A DNA stretch of 64,000 bases, from positions 15,877 through 79,876 of the forward strand of contig CAMQZB010000001.1 in the NCBI GenBank assembly GCA_947039455.1. Direction: 5' to 3'. Below are positions 46,632-54,961 of this stretch, in pieces. Under the pieces are notes generated by a model that saw only the letters and a program-made list of their open reading frames with translations, was not told the DNA's origin and searched no databases. The position numbers were made by a program, and so were the translations under genes. Origin of the DNA: an uncultured Clostridia bacterium (lineage in GTDB: Bacteria > Bacillota > Clostridia > Christensenellales > CAMQZB01). Within the stretch, counting starts at the first letter, position 1. Each line of letters opens with the position of its first letter.

Positions 46632-46766
46632 AAACTCCAACAACTCCCAAACACCCCCTTAATAAACCACACCCCAACAAACCCTAAAAAAAAACACCCC
46701 CCAAAAAGCGGGTCAAGGGGCTCAGCTCCTTGTGGGGCTTGGGGTGAAACCCCATGTAACTTACCT
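46631..46766 (+). repeat. Direct repeat unit B (C/A-rich arm plus GC-rich core 46708-46763)
   Basis: See unit A. The core differs by 1 nt (ggggtttgggg versus ggggcttgggg). Confidence 0.9.
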
Positions 46767-46823
46767 ATAACCACCATAAAAAAAACACCACCAAAAAAAA
46801 CAAAATAAATTTACTGTATATAC

Positions 46824-46854
46824 TTGACATATTGTGTGTGATACAGTATACTGT
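46824..46854 (+). promoter_or_regulatory. Sigma-A promoter of the padR operon, overlapped by a 12-bp perfect palindrome
   Basis: TTGACA (46824), a 17-nt spacer, then TATACT (46847). Palindrome ACAGTATACTGT at 46843-46854. Confidence 0.65.
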
Positions 46855-46879
46855 GTGTAACACTATAAGGAGGTGGCGA

Positions 46880-47218
46880 ATGAATCATAATGAAATAGTG
46901 GCAGGACTGACGCAAGAATTCCGACGCGGAACATTGATATTGGTAGTGCTAGGACAAATGAGAGAGCCAACTTATGGGTATATACTTGTGAAAAAGCTAG
47001 CTGAATGTGAAATACAAATTGAAGCAAACACATTGTATCCATTGATGAGACGATTGGAAGGGCAGGGATTGCTTGAAAGTCGATGGGAAACGGAAGAAGC
47101 AAAACCGAGAAAGTATTACTTATTGTCGGAGGACGGCAAAATAGTTTATGAAAAACTGAAAGCTAGTTGGGAGAAATACGCTAGCAATGTTGATAATTTA
47201 TTAAAAGGGGAAATATAA
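46880..47218 (+). CDS. PadR-family transcriptional regulator
   Basis: YGYILVKKL...TLYPLMRRLEGQGLLESRWE...RKYY winged-helix signature. Start moved to the Met after AAGGAGG. Confidence 0.85.
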   Translation: MNHNEIVAGLTQEFRRGTLILVVLGQMREPTYGYILVKKLAECEIQIEANTLYPLMRRLEGQGLLESRWETEEAKPRKYYLLSEDGKIVYEKLKASWEKYASNVDNLLKGEI

Positions 47219-48228
47219 TGAAAAACGATTTATTGGAACGCTATATTTATGCAGTGGCAAAAAGATTGCCTAAAAAGCAACGTGAGGAAGTGTCTAGAGA
47301 ACTTCAGGAATTACTGAACGACTTAGTTGAAGCAAGATGTGGCGAAATGACACCTACTGAAAAAGACATCAAAGTAGTGTTGACAGAGTTTGGCACGGTG
47401 TCAGAAGTAGTGGCAAAATATCGTGACGATAGCGGTCGATTAATTGGCGAACCGTACTATACCACTTACTTGTATGTGATGAAAATAGTATTAATAGTAT
47501 CGCTGTCAATAGCAGTTGCTGCTGTAGCAATTATATCATTGATAGACGGATTTTCGGGTGAATTATCAATACTAGAATTGTTTGGAAGAATAATTGCATG
47601 GCCTATTGAAGCTGTGGTTGGAAGCTTTGCAACTGTAACTATTGTGTTTGCGGTACTAGATTATTTCAAAGTGAACATAACAAAAGAAGTTGATGCAATT
47701 GAAATGTTACCTAAAGTGCCAAAACAAGCAACAAAGAAATTCGGAATATCAAAAGGCGAAACAATTACTGAACTTGTATTAACATTGGTATTCGTTGTAG
47801 GCTTTATGACAGCGCCATTATGGTTATCGCAAGCTTTGTCAACTAGCGGATCATCATTTATGGAAGCACATGCAACAAGAGCGATTGTTTGGATAGAGCA
47901 GTCAATGATGTTTGTTATGATGTTAATCGTGCTTGATTTAATACAAAATATATTCGCAATAAAAGAAAAGTTGTACAACAAAACGTATTTGATTGTATCA
48001 ATAGTAACAACAGCTATTGGAACAGTGATTGCTGTTATATGGGGAATGAGTGTGGAAATGTTCATAAAAATCAATGGCGTTTTCGTAAGCGAAGGGGTGC
48101 AGTTAATTTTCATCACTCTTCTAATTATTGGTGCATTGGGGCAATTAGCTCATGTAGTTTATCGTTATATGCATGATAACAAAGTAGGTGTGTATAATTT
48201 AAATAAACCAACAAATAACAACAAATAA
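47218..48228 (+). CDS. Membrane protein with a PadR-associated N-terminal helical (HAAS/DUF1700-like) domain
   Basis: N-terminus LLERYIYAVAKRLPKKQREEVSRELQELLND, then about 6 TM segments. TAATG overlap with padR. Confidence 0.55.
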   Translation: MKNDLLERYIYAVAKRLPKKQREEVSRELQELLNDLVEARCGEMTPTEKDIKVVLTEFGTVSEVVAKYRDDSGRLIGEPYYTTYLYVMKIVLIVSLSIAVAAVAIISLIDGFSGELSILELFGRIIAWPIEAVVGSFATVTIVFAVLDYFKVNITKEVDAIEMLPKVPKQATKKFGISKGETITELVLTLVFVVGFMTAPLWLSQALSTSGSSFMEAHATRAIVWIEQSMMFVMMLIVLDLIQNIFAIKEKLYNKTYLIVSIVTTAIGTVIAVIWGMSVEMFIKINGVFVSEGVQLIFITLLIIGALGQLAHVVYRYMHDNKVGVYNLNKPTNNNK

Positions 48229-48249
48229 ACAACAATAAATAACAACAAT

Positions 48250-48288
48250 AAACCTCAATAGAATTAATCTATTGAGGTTTTAATTTTA
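48250..48288. terminator. Bidirectional intrinsic terminator
   Basis: 11-bp stem aacctcaatag/ctattgaggtt followed by ttttaatttt. Confidence 0.75.
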
Positions 48289-48308
48289 TATATTATTAAT
48301 AATAATTA

Positions 48309-48929
48309 TTACTTCAAGAAAATACTTTTTTCGATAATATCCATAACGTAAACATCAACAAGTTTATCGAATTTAGCGTCATCATATTCACCTTCGAACA
48401 TAGCTTTCAAACCCATGAAGTTGGTGATACCCATAAGCACATAAGACAAGGTTTCAACATCAACAAATTCTGCTATTTCATCGCATTCTGATAGATGTTT
48501 AGTGTAAGTTTCCGCAAATGACATATAGTAATCTTTGAATATTTTTTTATCAACAGAAAGACTTCCCCAAATAATATCGTATACGTGAGGATTTTCGTAA
48601 ACATATTTCACGAAAGTTTTAATACCAACACGCTCTTTATCACGACGAGAAGATTCCTTAATAATAGCATCACGTAAAACGTCCTTGATCTCACGCTTAT
48701 AGCTTTGCACTAAAAGACGATAGACAGCAAGACGATCGGTGAAGTATATGTAAAAAGTCCCAACGGCAACACCAGCCTCATGACAAATGTCCCGAATAGA
48801 GGTGTCATAGAACCCCTTTTTGATGAACATTTTTTGAGCTGATTCTGCAATCTTCACTAATTTTTCTTTACCTAATAATGTTTTAGGCGTGTTTACGCCC
48901 TCAATGTTTTTTGTTAAAATTATTTCCAT
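48309..48929 (-). CDS. TetR/AcrR-family regulator
   Basis: HTH FYDTSIRDICHEAGVAVGTFYIYF. Start moved to Met17 because a promoter lies inside the longer ORF. Confidence 0.8.
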   Translation of the reverse strand: MEIILTKNIEGVNTPKTLLGKEKLVKIAESAQKMFIKKGFYDTSIRDICHEAGVAVGTFYIYFTDRLAVYRLLVQSYKREIKDVLRDAIIKESSRRDKERVGIKTFVKYVYENPHVYDIIWGSLSVDKKIFKDYYMSFAETYTKHLSECDEIAEFVDVETLSYVLMGITNFMGLKAMFEGEYDDAKFDKLVDVYVMDIIEKSIFLK

Positions 48930-48935
48930 GAAATA

Positions 48936-48964
48936 ACTATAATACATTTTTTGACAATTTGCAA
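48936..48964 (-). promoter_or_regulatory. Promoter of the TetR gene, possibly producing a leaderless mRNA
   Basis: Minus strand reads TTGCAA, a 17-nt spacer, TATAGT, then only 6 nt before the ATG at 48929. No RBS. Confidence 0.5.
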
Positions 48965-48989
48965 TAGTTTTTAGCAAAAAATGCTAAAA

Positions 48990-49008
48990 TTATGAATATT
49001 TTTCATAA
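48990..49008. promoter_or_regulatory. Operator-like palindrome A (TTATGAA-N5-TTCATAA)
   Basis: Perfect 7-bp inverted arms, upstream of the tetR promoter. Confidence 0.6.
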
Positions 49009-49065
49009 AAAAGAAAAGATTGTTAAATTTTTTTCAAAAAAAACAAATTATTTTTCAAAAAGGTA

Positions 49066-49094
49066 TTGACAAACGTAAAAGAAAGGGGTATTAT
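49066..49094 (+). promoter_or_regulatory. Sigma-A promoter of the maoC-bcd-etfBA operon
   Basis: TTGACA, a 17-nt spacer, then TATTAT. Confidence 0.75.
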
Positions 49095-49107
49095 AGAAGT
49101 AGATGTA

Positions 49108-49128
49108 ATTATGAATATAGTTCATAAT
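49108..49128. promoter_or_regulatory. Operator-like palindrome B (ATTATGAA-N5-TTCATAAT)
   Basis: Perfect 8-bp inverted arms, 14 nt downstream of the -10 box. Confidence 0.65.
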
Positions 49129-49146
49129 TAATATAAGGAGAGCATT

Positions 49147-49551
49147 ATGAAGTACTCAGAAATTTCTATTGGAATGAAAGACAGTCTTTCAAAAACTTTT
49201 TCAGAAGCCGACATCGTTATGTTTGCTGGCGTATCATTGGATGTAAATCCATTGCATATGAATGAAGAGTTTGCAAAAACAACAGTATTTGGCAAAAGAA
49301 TTTGTCACGGAATGTTGTCTTGTGGATTAATATCTGCGTGCCTAGCAAACAAATTGCCAGGTGCTGGAACAATCTACTTGGGTCAAGAAGTAAAATTCAC
49401 TGCACCAGTATTTATTGGTGACACAGTAACAGCTGAGCTTGAAATAGTTGAGATGAGAGATGATAAACATATTATCAAACTTTCTACAAACTGTTTTAAT
49501 CAAGACGGAAAACAAGTTATAGCAGGAACAGCAACTGTAAAGTTGCCATAA
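49147..49551 (+). CDS. MaoC-like (R)-specific enoyl-CoA hydratase (PhaJ-type)
   Basis: 134-aa single hot-dog with DVNPLHMNEEFAKTTVFGKRICHGML (hydratase 2 motif). Confidence 0.8.
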   Translation: MKYSEISIGMKDSLSKTFSEADIVMFAGVSLDVNPLHMNEEFAKTTVFGKRICHGMLSCGLISACLANKLPGAGTIYLGQEVKFTAPVFIGDTVTAELEIVEMRDDKHIIKLSTNCFNQDGKQVIAGTATVKLP

Positions 49552-49571
49552 TTTTATTAGAGGTGTATTAA

Positions 49572-50711
49572 ATGAGTAAAGTTTATAAGTATGATTTATT
49601 CAATCAAATGATTGAAGAATTCGCATTAAGAGAAGTTAAACCAATAGCTGAAGAAGTTGATGAAGAAGAAAGATTTCCAACTGAAACAGTAGCAAAAATG
49701 TCTAAGATTGGACTTATGGGAACAATCGTGCCAAAGCAATACGGCGGAATGGGCGGAGATTATCAAATGTATGTCAAAGCCGTTGCTGAACTTAGTAAAC
49801 ATTGCGGAACTACAGGAGTAATCTTGTCAGCGCATATGTCACTATGTGTAGCACCGATTCTTGACTTTGGAACAGAAGAACAAAAAATGAGATACTTACC
49901 AAGAATGTCAACAGGTGAATGGATCGGAGCATTTGGTTTAACAGAGCCAAACGCAGGAACTGATGCAAGTAACCAACAAACTATCGCAGTTGAACATGAC
50001 GATCATTGGGTAATCAACGGATCAAAAATCTTCATCACAAATGCAGGTTATGCAGAAGTGTACGTTATCGTTGCGGTAACAGCACGTGAAGGCAGAAAAG
50101 TTGAAATGACTACTTTCTTAATGGAAGCGTCAATGCCTGGATTTACTATTGGTAAGAAAGAAAAGAAAATGGGAATTCGTGGTTCATCAACTTGCGAGCT
50201 AATTTTCAAAGACGTAATCGTACCAAAAGAGAACATGCTTGGAAAACGTGGTGAAGGATTCAAAATCGCAATGAAAACTCTTGACGGAGGCCGTATCGGA
50301 ATCGCAGCTCAAGCACTAGGCTTAGCAGAAGGCGCGTTAAACGAAACAGTTTCATACGTTAAAGAAAGAAAACAATTCGGTCGTCCTATTGCACAACTAC
50401 AAAACACGCAATTCACATTAGCTGATATGTCAGTTAGAGTAGAAGCCTCAAGATTGTTAGTAGAAAGAGCGATGAATGCAAAACAAAACAAAGATAGAGC
50501 GTTGTCAGTATATGCTGCTGAAGCTAAATTATTTGCTTCTGAAACAGCGTCATATGTAACATCAAAAGCGGTGCAATTGCACGGTGGATATGGATATACA
50601 AGAGAATATCCAGTTGAACGTATGATGAGAGATGCAAAGATTACTGAAATCTACGAAGGTACTAGCGAAGTGCAAAAGATGGTTATATCTGGCGCATTAT
50701 TGAAGAAGTAG
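49572..50711 (+). CDS. bcd: Short-chain (butyryl-CoA type) acyl-CoA dehydrogenase
   Basis: 379 aa. GLTEPNAGTDA and the catalytic-base context YEGTSEVQ. Followed by etfBA. Confidence 0.85.
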   Translation: MSKVYKYDLFNQMIEEFALREVKPIAEEVDEEERFPTETVAKMSKIGLMGTIVPKQYGGMGGDYQMYVKAVAELSKHCGTTGVILSAHMSLCVAPILDFGTEEQKMRYLPRMSTGEWIGAFGLTEPNAGTDASNQQTIAVEHDDHWVINGSKIFITNAGYAEVYVIVAVTAREGRKVEMTTFLMEASMPGFTIGKKEKKMGIRGSSTCELIFKDVIVPKENMLGKRGEGFKIAMKTLDGGRIGIAAQALGLAEGALNETVSYVKERKQFGRPIAQLQNTQFTLADMSVRVEASRLLVERAMNAKQNKDRALSVYAAEAKLFASETASYVTSKAVQLHGGYGYTREYPVERMMRDAKITEIYEGTSEVQKMVISGALLKK

Positions 50712-50723
50712 GAGATAATTAAT

Positions 50724-51509
50724 ATGAGAATAGCAGTATGTATTAAACAAGTTCCAAATACAACTGAGATCAAAATTGATCCAGTAACAAATACATTGAA
50801 GAGAGATGGTGTACCATCAATCATGAACCCAGACGACAAAGCAGCACTAGAGAGCGCATTAGTATTAAAAGACAAATACAATGCAGAAGTAGTTGTAGTA
50901 ACAATGGGTCCTCCACAAGCTGAGTTGATATTGCGTGAAGCAATGTCAATGGGTGCTGACGAAGCGTTCCTAGTAACAGATAGAGCATTTGCTGGATCTG
51001 ACACATGGGCAACTTCAACTATCCTAGCAGCAGCTTTGAAAAAAGTAGGCTATGATATTATTATCGGAGGCCGTCAAGCAATCGATGGAGATACAGCGCA
51101 AGTTGGACCTCAAATCGCTGAGCATCTTGATATCCCACAAGTAACTTATGTTGTAGAAATCGACATTGACGAGAAAAATAATGTATGTAGAGTTAAAAAA
51201 GAATTCGAAGACAGATATCAAATCGTTGAAGTAAAAGGCAAAGCATTGTTCACAGTATTGTCAGGAATGAATGAGCCAAGATATATGTTAGTAGGGGGAA
51301 TCGTAGACCAAGAAGAAAAAGCAATCACAGTGATAACAGTTAATGATATCGAAGTTGATCGTGGAAACATTGGACTATTGGGTTCACCAACAAAAGTTAA
51401 ATCATCATTCAGCAAAACAGTTGACTCAAACAAAGAGTTAATTGAGCTTAGCCCACAAGAAGCGGCTAAAGTAATCGCTGACAAACTTGCTGAAAAGCAT
51501 ATCATATAG
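50724..51509 (+). CDS. etfB: Electron transfer flavoprotein beta subunit
   Basis: MRIAVCIKQVPNT is a canonical start. 261 aa. Confidence 0.9.
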   Translation: MRIAVCIKQVPNTTEIKIDPVTNTLKRDGVPSIMNPDDKAALESALVLKDKYNAEVVVVTMGPPQAELILREAMSMGADEAFLVTDRAFAGSDTWATSTILAAALKKVGYDIIIGGRQAIDGDTAQVGPQIAEHLDIPQVTYVVEIDIDEKNNVCRVKKEFEDRYQIVEVKGKALFTVLSGMNEPRYMLVGGIVDQEEKAITVITVNDIEVDRGNIGLLGSPTKVKSSFSKTVDSNKELIELSPQEAAKVIADKLAEKHII

Positions 51510-51520
51510 AGGAGACTAGA

Positions 51521-52501
51521 ATGAGTAAAGATATTTTCGTTTATATAGAGCAAAGAGATAGAGTAATTCAAAATGTAAGTTTTGAGTTAATTGGCGAGGC
51601 TCGTCGTCTTGTAGCCGTTTCAGGCGGTAATGTATGTGGTGTGTTAGTTGGAAACAACATAGCAAGCCTAGCAAAAGAAGTAGTAGCAAACGGAGCTGAT
51701 AAAGTTTTCGTAGTTGATAACAAAGAGTTAGAATACTATACTACTGAATGTTACGCACAAGCAGTGACAGCGGTTGTTAGAAAACATTCACCAAACGCAA
51801 TGTTGTTTGGCGCATCAACAATCGGACGTGACTTAGCACCAAGAATTTCAGCAAGAGTTCATACAGGACTTACAGCTGATTGTACTGATTTGAAAATTGA
51901 TGAAGAAGGCAACTTGTTTATGACAAGACCTGCATTTGGCGGAAGTTTATTCGCAACAATTGCATGCCCAGATCACAGACCACAAATGTCAACAGTACGT
52001 CCTGGCGTTATGAAAAAAGTAGAGTATGATACAAACCGTGCAGGTGAAATAATCACTGAAGACGTTGCAATCGATGCTACAAAATTCGCAGTGAAAATAG
52101 TTGAAGAAGTTAAAGAAACTAAAGCAGCTGTAAAAATCGAAGACTCTAAAATCTTAGTATCAATGGGTCGTGGATTAGAGAATAACCTAGCACAAGTGAA
52201 AAACTTCGCAACAGTTATTGGTGGAACAGTTTCATGTTCAAGAGCCGTAGTAGATGCTGGAGTATGGAAATCTGACAGACAAGTTGGTCAAACAGGAAAA
52301 ACAGTTCGCCCTGATGTGTATTTCGCAATGGGAATTTCTGGAGCGGTACAACATATCGCAGGAATGGACGGATCTGACTTGATAATTGCAATCAACAAAG
52401 ACAAAACTGCAGCGATATTCAATACTGCACACCTTGGAATTGTAGGCGATGCAACAGCGATTATGCCAGAGCTAGAGAAAGAAATCTTAGCAAGAAAGTA
52501 A
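51521..52501 (+). CDS. etfA: Electron transfer flavoprotein alpha subunit
   Basis: C-terminal FAD motif AIGISGAVQHIAGM. 326 aa. Confidence 0.9.
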   Translation: MSKDIFVYIEQRDRVIQNVSFELIGEARRLVAVSGGNVCGVLVGNNIASLAKEVVANGADKVFVVDNKELEYYTTECYAQAVTAVVRKHSPNAMLFGASTIGRDLAPRISARVHTGLTADCTDLKIDEEGNLFMTRPAFGGSLFATIACPDHRPQMSTVRPGVMKKVEYDTNRAGEIITEDVAIDATKFAVKIVEEVKETKAAVKIEDSKILVSMGRGLENNLAQVKNFATVIGGTVSCSRAVVDAGVWKSDRQVGQTGKTVRPDVYFAMGISGAVQHIAGMDGSDLIIAINKDKTAAIFNTAHLGIVGDATAIMPELEKEILARK

Positions 52502-52717
52502 ACTTATAAGGAATTATAAGGGAACTATAAAAAACAGAGTTAATTTTAAAATTGATTACTAGTATACTGAAATATAGCAGTAAATTTTTTTTCATATTAT
52601 CTAAAAGAGGCTTGCCTAATGGGAGATTGTAAAACGCAATTTTCCATGGGCGAAATTCTTTAAAATGATAGTAGAAAAATAATATGAAAGTTTTTCATGT
52701 TATTTTTCATTTTAGTA

Positions 52718-52746
52718 TTGACAAACTCAATTTTGTGTGTTAAAAT
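52718..52746 (+). promoter_or_regulatory. Extended -10 sigma-A promoter upstream of the thiolase operon
   Basis: TTGACA, a 17-nt spacer ending in TGT, then TAAAAT. Confidence 0.65.
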
Positions 52747-52827
52747 TTTATCGAAACAGATTACAGTTGTAAAGAACAATGAAATAGTCATTGCACTTAC
52801 ATAAATCTTCTTTTTTTTCCACAAAAA

Positions 52828-52894
52828 TGTGAACATAATTCATTACATAATATGGCAGATTTTTTTTGCACATAATTATGAACATAATTCAACA
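52828..52894. promoter_or_regulatory. Two further operator-like sites C and D related to TTATGAA-N5-TTCATAA
   Basis: Site C: atgtgaa-cataa-ttcatta (52827-52845). Site D: ttatgaa-cataa-ttcaaca (52876-52894). Confidence 0.5.
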
Positions 52895-52918
52895 ATTTTA
52901 GACAATAGGAGAAAAAAG

Positions 52919-54124
52919 ATGAGTAAAGTATTTTTAGTTAGTGGTAAAAGAACTGCAATTGGTTCAATGCTAGGTGGTTTAAAATCAGTTTCGCCAGCAG
53001 ACATGGGCGCGGAAGTAGTAAAAGCGTTAATATCTGACAGCAAAGTAAACCCAGCTAATATAGATGAAGTTATCATGGGAAATATACTATGTGCAGGACT
53101 AGCACAAGGTGTAGCACGTCAAGTATCAATCAAAGCAGGAATTCCACAAGAAGTACCAGCGTATTCATTGAATATGATATGCGGAAGCGGAATGAAAGCA
53201 GTGTTGAACGCATACGGAAACATCAAAGCAGGTCTACATCATATAGTAGTTGCAGGTGGAACTGAATCAATGTCATCAGCTCCAATGTTGATACCATCAA
53301 AAGTTAGAACAGGAACAAAATTCGGAAATTTCCAAGTGGTAGATCACATGGTAAATGACGCTCTAACTGACGCATTCACAGGAGTGCATATGGGAGTAAC
53401 AGCTGAGAACATCGCTGAAAAATATTCTATTACAAGAGAAGCACAAGACAATTTCGCAGCTTATTCACAAGCGAAAGCAATCAAAGCAGTTGATGCAGGA
53501 TTGTTTAAAGAAGAAATCGTTCCAATCAATGTTAAAGAAGGCAGAAACGAGTTTGTATTTGATACAGACGAGTATCCAAACAGAAAATCAACTGCTGAAA
53601 AACTTGGAACACTTCGTCCAGCTTTCAAAAAAGATGGATCAGTAACAGCTGGAAACGCATCAGGAATTAACGACGGTGCAAGTGCAGTGTTGTTAGCAAG
53701 TGAAGAAGCAGTAGCAAAATATAACTTAAACCCAATTTGTGAAATCGTAGGAGTTGGACAAGGGGGAGTAGACCCACAAGTAATGGGACTAGGACCAGTA
53801 CCAGCAGTTAAAATGGCATTGAAAAATGCGGGATTAACTCTTCAAGATATGGAGATACTTGAACTTAACGAGGCATTTGCCGCACAAAGTATTGGCGTAG
53901 TAACAGAATTAGCTGAACACTACGGAATGAGCATGGAAGATATATTCGCAAGAACAAATCCACGTGGAGGAGCGATTGCCCTAGGACATCCAGTAGGAGC
54001 TTCAGGAAACAGAATATTAGTAACACTTGTTCATGAAATGAAACAAAACAAAAACAAACTTGGTTTAGCATCATTGTGTATCGGTGGTGGAATGGGAACA
54101 GCAGTTGTAGTAAAATTCAACTAA
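52919..54124 (+). CDS. Acetyl-CoA C-acetyltransferase (thiolase II)
   Basis: Catalytic NMICGSGMKA (Cys), GNASGINDGA and CIGGGMG. Start moved to MSKVFLVSGKRTAIG after AGGAG. Confidence 0.9.
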   Translation: MSKVFLVSGKRTAIGSMLGGLKSVSPADMGAEVVKALISDSKVNPANIDEVIMGNILCAGLAQGVARQVSIKAGIPQEVPAYSLNMICGSGMKAVLNAYGNIKAGLHHIVVAGGTESMSSAPMLIPSKVRTGTKFGNFQVVDHMVNDALTDAFTGVHMGVTAENIAEKYSITREAQDNFAAYSQAKAIKAVDAGLFKEEIVPINVKEGRNEFVFDTDEYPNRKSTAEKLGTLRPAFKKDGSVTAGNASGINDGASAVLLASEEAVAKYNLNPICEIVGVGQGGVDPQVMGLGPVPAVKMALKNAGLTLQDMEILELNEAFAAQSIGVVTELAEHYGMSMEDIFARTNPRGGAIALGHPVGASGNRILVTLVHEMKQNKNKLGLASLCIGGGMGTAVVVKFN

Positions 54125-54208
54125 CAAAAACGAAATATAAATAATTGATTTATATAATATAAAAACATATTGAAAACAGAAAAATTGGATTAATGAGGAG
54201 ACAAGATT

Positions 54209-54928
54209 ATGAGATTAAAAAACAAAGTAGCTATAGTTACAGGTGGATCAAGAGGATTAGGACAAGCAATGGCGGAGTTATTCGCAGCTGAAGGCGCAAA
54301 AGTTATCGCAGTAGATATGGGCGATATGGTTTATGAATGTGCAAACGTTGAGTACTATAAACTTAACGTAACAGACAGAGACGCTTGTAAATCATTCTAT
54401 GATTGGGCAATTGCAAAATACGGACAAATCGACGTTCTAGTAAATAATGCTGGAGTAACTCGTGATTCAATGACAAGAAAAATGACAGACGAAATGTTTG
54501 ATTTCGTACTTGATGTAAACTTGAAAGGCGTATTTAACCTAACTAGATATATCGGACCACAAATGGAAGAAATCGGTGGCGGATCTATCATTAACATCTC
54601 ATCAGTAGTAGGCGTATTCGGAAATATCGGACAAGCAAACTATGCAGCTACAAAATCTGGCGTAATCGGAATGACAAAATCATGGGCAAAAGAATTTGCT
54701 AGAAAAGGTGTTCCAGTAAGAGTAAATGCACTTGCACCAGGATACACAATGACAGACATGATGAAAACAGTACCAGAAGATTTGTTGAAACAATTCGCTG
54801 GACAAACTATGTTAAAAAGACTTGGAGAGCCAGAAGATATTGCTAAAGCAACATTGTTCTTAGCATCTGATGATTCATCATATGTTACAGGACACGTACT
54901 TGAAGTAACAGGCGGAATGAGACTTTAG
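54209..54928 (+). CDS. SDR-family 3-oxoacyl reductase (FabG/PhaB-like)
   Basis: TGGSRGLG, NNAG and S...YAATK motifs. 239 aa. Confidence 0.8.
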   Translation: MRLKNKVAIVTGGSRGLGQAMAELFAAEGAKVIAVDMGDMVYECANVEYYKLNVTDRDACKSFYDWAIAKYGQIDVLVNNAGVTRDSMTRKMTDEMFDFVLDVNLKGVFNLTRYIGPQMEEIGGGSIINISSVVGVFGNIGQANYAATKSGVIGMTKSWAKEFARKGVPVRVNALAPGYTMTDMMKTVPEDLLKQFAGQTMLKRLGEPEDIAKATLFLASDDSSYVTGHVLEVTGGMRL

Positions 54929-54961
54929 AATAACACAGTAATTGATAATATGGAGGACAAA

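Noticed and set aside
46448-46766. Possible CRISPR array (direct repeats with intervening sequence).
   Set aside because: There are only two long (~136 bp) repeat units, joined by a microsatellite rather than unique 25-40 bp spacers. No cas genes are in the window.
46414-46777. Two minus-strand ORFs of 88 and 118 aa (VWVWVW... and GLGLGL... translations).
   Set aside because: They are translations of the (AAACCC)8 microsatellite and the duplicated GC-rich repeat. They have no RBS, overlap each other in different frames, and their sequence is low-complexity.
52600-52665. Small GC-richer patch with a 14-codon ORF (MGDCKTQFSMGEIL) and a weak hairpin between etfA and the thiolase promoter.
   Set aside because: The pairing is poor (4-5 bp arms). 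RBS spacing is marginal. I recognised no riboswitch core.
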